From a virus: 10,142 nt of DNA. Below the pieces are notes generated by a model. That model had not been told where the DNA came from. It was given only the letters and a program-made list of their open reading frames with translations, and made no database searches. Positions 8,160 to 10,142 of the stretch are shown here, piece after piece (position 1 is the first letter of the stretch; the number at the start of each line of letters is the position of its first letter). Location: UHGV virus genome UHGV-1661176; one strand, given 5' to 3'. The translations under genes and the position numbers were made by a program.

Positions 8160-8350
8160 AACCGCAGAACAGAAGTGACTCTGTTTTTTTGTAAAGAAAT
8201 GCCGCCATATAAAGATGTCGAACAAAAAACAACCACAATCATCATCTTTTTAATACTAACAGCATTAAAAACAACAAGTTACCATCATGATGATGATGAC
8301 GATAAAATCACAAAAATGCGCCTTTTTCCGCGCCCGCCCGCCCCGTGTTC
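8160..8350. other. Candidate cos site: GC-only cosN-like core (about 8328-8346) plus an AT-rich cosB-like region with ATCATC/GATGAT repeats
   Basis: Read on the minus strand, 8346..8311 is ACGGGGCGGGCGGGCGCGGAAAAAGGCGCATTTTTG, which resembles the lambda cos junction as I recall it (ACG|GGGCGGCGACCTCGCGGGTTTTCGCTATTTATG). It lies ~190 bp upstream of the small terminase start, the same geometry as lambda cosN-cosB-Nu1. The region between it and terS is strongly AT-rich and holds a 10-bp palindrome CATCATGATG (8283-8292) and ATCATCATC (8239-8247). Confidence 0.4.
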
Positions 8351-8670
8351 AGGCCCACCCCACCAGGAGGACCCGCAAAAACGATAATGGTTATCATTTG
8401 CAACAAAATCCAGTTTCTTCCACCATCGCACCGGACTGGCGACTATGAGGGGACAACACCGCGCTCCGTTAACGCGGTAAACCCCGGTGTGTATCGTTTT
8501 TGATTATCCCCGCACACTCGCGCAGAAGGAATTCCCCGTCGGGCTACGGTCATGGTTAATGCGGAAATACAGCGACGATACAGCGCATGATGTGTCAGGC
8601 TTGAATACCTTTATCCGTTAAAAGGGATATCAGTTAAGTTATCCCGTGTAGGGTATAAGCCATTATCAAA

Positions 8671-8696
8671 GCCACTCTGTAGGGAGTGGCTTTTGT
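8671..8696 (+). terminator. Plus-strand stem-loop followed by TTTTGT; possible terminator, or one half of a bidirectional terminator
   Basis: GCCACTC-TGTAGG-GAGTGGC forms a 7-bp stem (8671-8690), followed by TTTTGT. No plus-strand gene was identified upstream, so its function is uncertain. Confidence 0.3.
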
Positions 8697-8702
8697 AATG
8701 GC

Positions 8703-8730
8703 AATAAAAAAGCCCCGCGAATGCGAGGCT
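8703..8730 (-). terminator. Intrinsic terminator on the minus strand, downstream of the lysis cassette
   Basis: The minus-strand RNA would read AGCCUCGC-AUUC-GCGGGGCU (8-bp GC-rich stem with one G-U pair) followed by UUUUUUAUU. It lies ~170 nt after the Rz stop. Confidence 0.55.
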
Positions 8731-8903
8731 AAATCCAGGTATTTTTAATGACTGGCTCTTATCTCAACGCAGCCCCTTACCGCGCGCCAGATGCTCAATA
8801 TCAAGCATCAGCAATGAGATGTTTAACCATGATTCACTCCAGAAGTGAGCACCACCCTGTCTACAGAGCCAGATGTGAAGGATGATGAGTAAAATTATCG
8901 CTA

Positions 8904-9371
8904 TCATCGAAGGCATTGCGTCCTGATGTATTCCTGAAGCGTTCTCAGTGCTGTTTGGTCGCGGATAATTCCGTCCCGGATACCGAGAACGTTTCGTCCA
9001 GCAACTGGAGAGAGTTCGACGGTGGCATCATTGCCCATGCCGGAGGCGCTGGAGGTTTCGTCTGAGGATGGCACAGGGCATTTTCCTTTGACGAACACCC
9101 GACCACCATTATCAAGCTTGCGCCGAAGAGCATCATTTTTAGCTTTCGCATCAGCTAACTCCTTCGTGTATTTAGCATCGAGTGCATCAGCAGCACGCTG
9201 GCGCTGCTGCATGTCAGTAATGGTGGCGGTCGCCTGCTTCAGCTCACTGACTTTTTTATCACGCTGTTCTTTATAGGCGATGGCGTTATCACGGTAATGA
9301 TTAACCGCCCATGACTGGCAGACGATGATGCAGATAACCAGAGCGGAGATAATCGCGGTTACTCTGCTCAT
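8904..9371 (-). CDS. Rz: Spanin inner-membrane subunit Rz (i-spanin)
   Basis: The product [37 protein letters not shown]... matches remembered lambda Rz almost residue for residue at the N-terminus. ATG at 9371 overlaps the endolysin stop as ATGA, the same junction sequence (ATGAGCAGAGT) as lambda R/Rz. The GTG start at 9383 in the ORF track is rejected. Confidence 0.9.
   Translation of the reverse strand: MSRVTAIISALVICIIVCQSWAVNHYRDNAIAYKEQRDKKVSELKQATATITDMQQRQRAADALDAKYTKELADAKAKNDALRRKLDNGGRVFVKGKCPVPSSDETSSASGMGNDATVELSPVAGRNVLGIRDGIIRDQTALRTLQEYIRTQCLR
8945..9151 (-). CDS. Rz1: Spanin outer-membrane lipoprotein Rz1 (o-spanin), nested in the +1 frame of Rz
   Basis: 68-aa ORF wholly inside Rz in another frame. 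ATG at 9151 is preceded by AAGGAG at 7 nt. N-terminus [21 protein letters not shown] has a lipobox (VVGC), followed by a Pro-rich KPPAPPAW motif, matching lambda Rz1 (MLKLKMML...VVGCTS...KPPPPPAW) from memory. Confidence 0.85.
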   Translation of the reverse strand: MRKLKMMLFGASLIMVVGCSSKENALCHPQTKPPAPPAWAMMPPSNSLQLLDETFSVSGTELSATKQH

Positions 9372-9865
9372 TGTTGCCCCCACAAACAGACTTCACGCTC
9401 AATCTCGCGGCGAGTCATCAGCCCTTTCCATTGCTTACCGCCAGCGTATGTCCAGCGCCGTAGCTGATCACATGCGCCTTTGATATCGCCCTGGTTTATT
9501 TTGCGAAGAAGCGTCGATGTTCTGAAATTGCCAGCGCCCACGTTGTAAACGAACGAGTAAAGAGCGCCGCGCGTTGTTTCCGGTATATCGACTTTGATGT
9601 ACGGGTTAATTTGTCTGGCGACCGTGGCAAGGTCTTTATTCAGGAGGGCTTTGCATTCTGCTTCGGTATACGTTTTACCGGGAATGATGTCTTTTCCGGT
9701 GTGTCCGTGACATACAGTCCATACGCCAACGATATCTTTGTATGGTATGTAGCTGACACCTTCCAGACCATCGTTACCACCTGGACCAGTGATGAGCACA
9801 GACGCTATGGCAACAGCCCCACCACCAATAGCAGCTGCAACAGCCTTGCGTAATGACGGCGACAT
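9368..9865 (-). CDS. R: SAR endolysin (T4-lysozyme-like muramidase with an N-terminal signal-anchor-release domain, phage 21 R21 type)
   Basis: 165-aa ORF with an ATG start overlapping the holin stop as TAATG. The N-terminal weakly hydrophobic Gly/Ala-rich segment ([20 protein letters not shown]) is typical of a SAR domain. The catalytic triad spacing E35-D44-T50 ([18 protein letters not shown]) matches R21. From memory the sequence is almost identical to phage 21 R. Confidence 0.9.
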   Translation of the reverse strand: MSPSLRKAVAAAIGGGAVAIASVLITGPGGNDGLEGVSYIPYKDIVGVWTVCHGHTGKDIIPGKTYTEAECKALLNKDLATVARQINPYIKVDIPETTRGALYSFVYNVGAGNFRTSTLLRKINQGDIKGACDQLRRWTYAGGKQWKGLMTRREIEREVCLWGQQ

Positions 9866-10080
9866 TATTCACCTCTCGCAGCCTTACGCTTATCTTCTTT
9901 AATCTTGAAATAAAGATTTGTCAGATACGTCAGCAGGCCAAACAGCAGACTTCCCAGCACACCTATTGCCACCCACTGGGACGGAGAGACTTTGTCCAGC
10001 AGCTGCAGTAACCAGTATCCCGTCCCCACCGCTGACGTGGTGTATGACACACCTGTTGTGATTTTTTCCATCTGGTACAT
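9865..10080 (-). CDS. S: Pinholin (phage 21 S21 type, class II holin) with a dual-start motif
   Basis: 71 codons from ATG at 10080, preceded by GGGAGA: [71 protein letters not shown]. It has two transmembrane segments (the first SAR-like and Gly/Ser/Thr-rich) and a charged C-terminus, and closely resembles S21 from memory. Met1 and Met4 give the two starts. The GTG start at 10137 in the ORF track is rejected because it would add an unlikely Cys-rich extension. Confidence 0.85.
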   Translation of the reverse strand: MYQMEKITTGVSYTTSAVGTGYWLLQLLDKVSPSQWVAIGVLGSLLFGLLTYLTNLYFKIKEDKRKAARGE

Positions 10081-10142
10081 ACCCCGTCTCCCGCAATCCG
10101 GAAGCTCACAACAATAAAAAAGACCACCGGCACACACCGATG

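Noticed and set aside
8175-8387. 70-aa plus-strand ORF (MTLFFCKEMPPYKD...HHDDDDDK...) in the AT-rich region upstream of terS
   Set aside because: It overlaps the candidate cos site and its AT-rich flank, and its product is low-complexity (poly-Asp from the GATGAT repeat). It is more plausibly a non-coding packaging region than a gene.
8748-8885. 45-aa plus-strand micro-ORF (MTGSYLNAAPYRAPDAQ...) convergent with Rz, at the bor-equivalent position
   Set aside because: It has no signal peptide or lipobox (bor is a lipoprotein), no convincing ribosome-binding site or promoter, and lies downstream of the plus-strand terminator hairpin. It is noted inside the spacer finding but not called as a gene.
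8400-8900. Search for a tRNA, CRISPR repeats or an integrase attachment site in the Rz-cos spacer
   Set aside because: There is no T-loop-like GTTCGAATC motif or cloverleaf-sized structured unit, and no regularly spaced direct repeats. The only repeats are the short ATCATC/GATGAT motifs near the candidate cos.
9372-9383. Four-codon N-terminal extension of Rz from GTG at 9383
   Set aside because: The ATG at 9371 reproduces the lambda R/Rz ATGA junction and the lambda Rz N-terminus MSRVTAIIS.
10081-10137. N-terminal extension of the holin ORF from GTG at 10137 ([19 protein letters not shown]...)
   Set aside because: The ATG at 10080 with a GGGAGA Shine-Dalgarno gives the canonical 71-aa pinholin with the dual-start motif. 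The extension overlaps the probable terminator/leader and has an implausible Cys-rich sequence.

Overview
This window reads as the late region of a lambdoid (lambda / phage 21-like) enterobacterial prophage, with every credible gene on the minus strand. From high to low coordinates: a phage-21-type lysis cassette (pinholin S, SAR endolysin R, spanins Rz with embedded Rz1), a ~750 bp spacer with no credible ORF that holds back-to-back terminator hairpins and a candidate cos site, then terminase small and large subunits, a gpW-like protein, portal, a ClpP-protease/major-capsid fusion gene, two small head proteins, and tail genes Z, U and the first 44 codons of V. Gene junctions are tightly coupled (ATGA and TAATG overlaps). 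All plus-strand ORFs in the track lie antisense inside these genes and look spurious. I do not see a defence system, toxin-antitoxin pair, CRISPR array, tRNA or other clearly novel system. The only place that could hide something unannotated is the spacer between Rz and cos, the slot that holds the bor moron in lambda, and I could not support a gene or promoter there. All homology statements come from remembered protein sequences, not from a database search.
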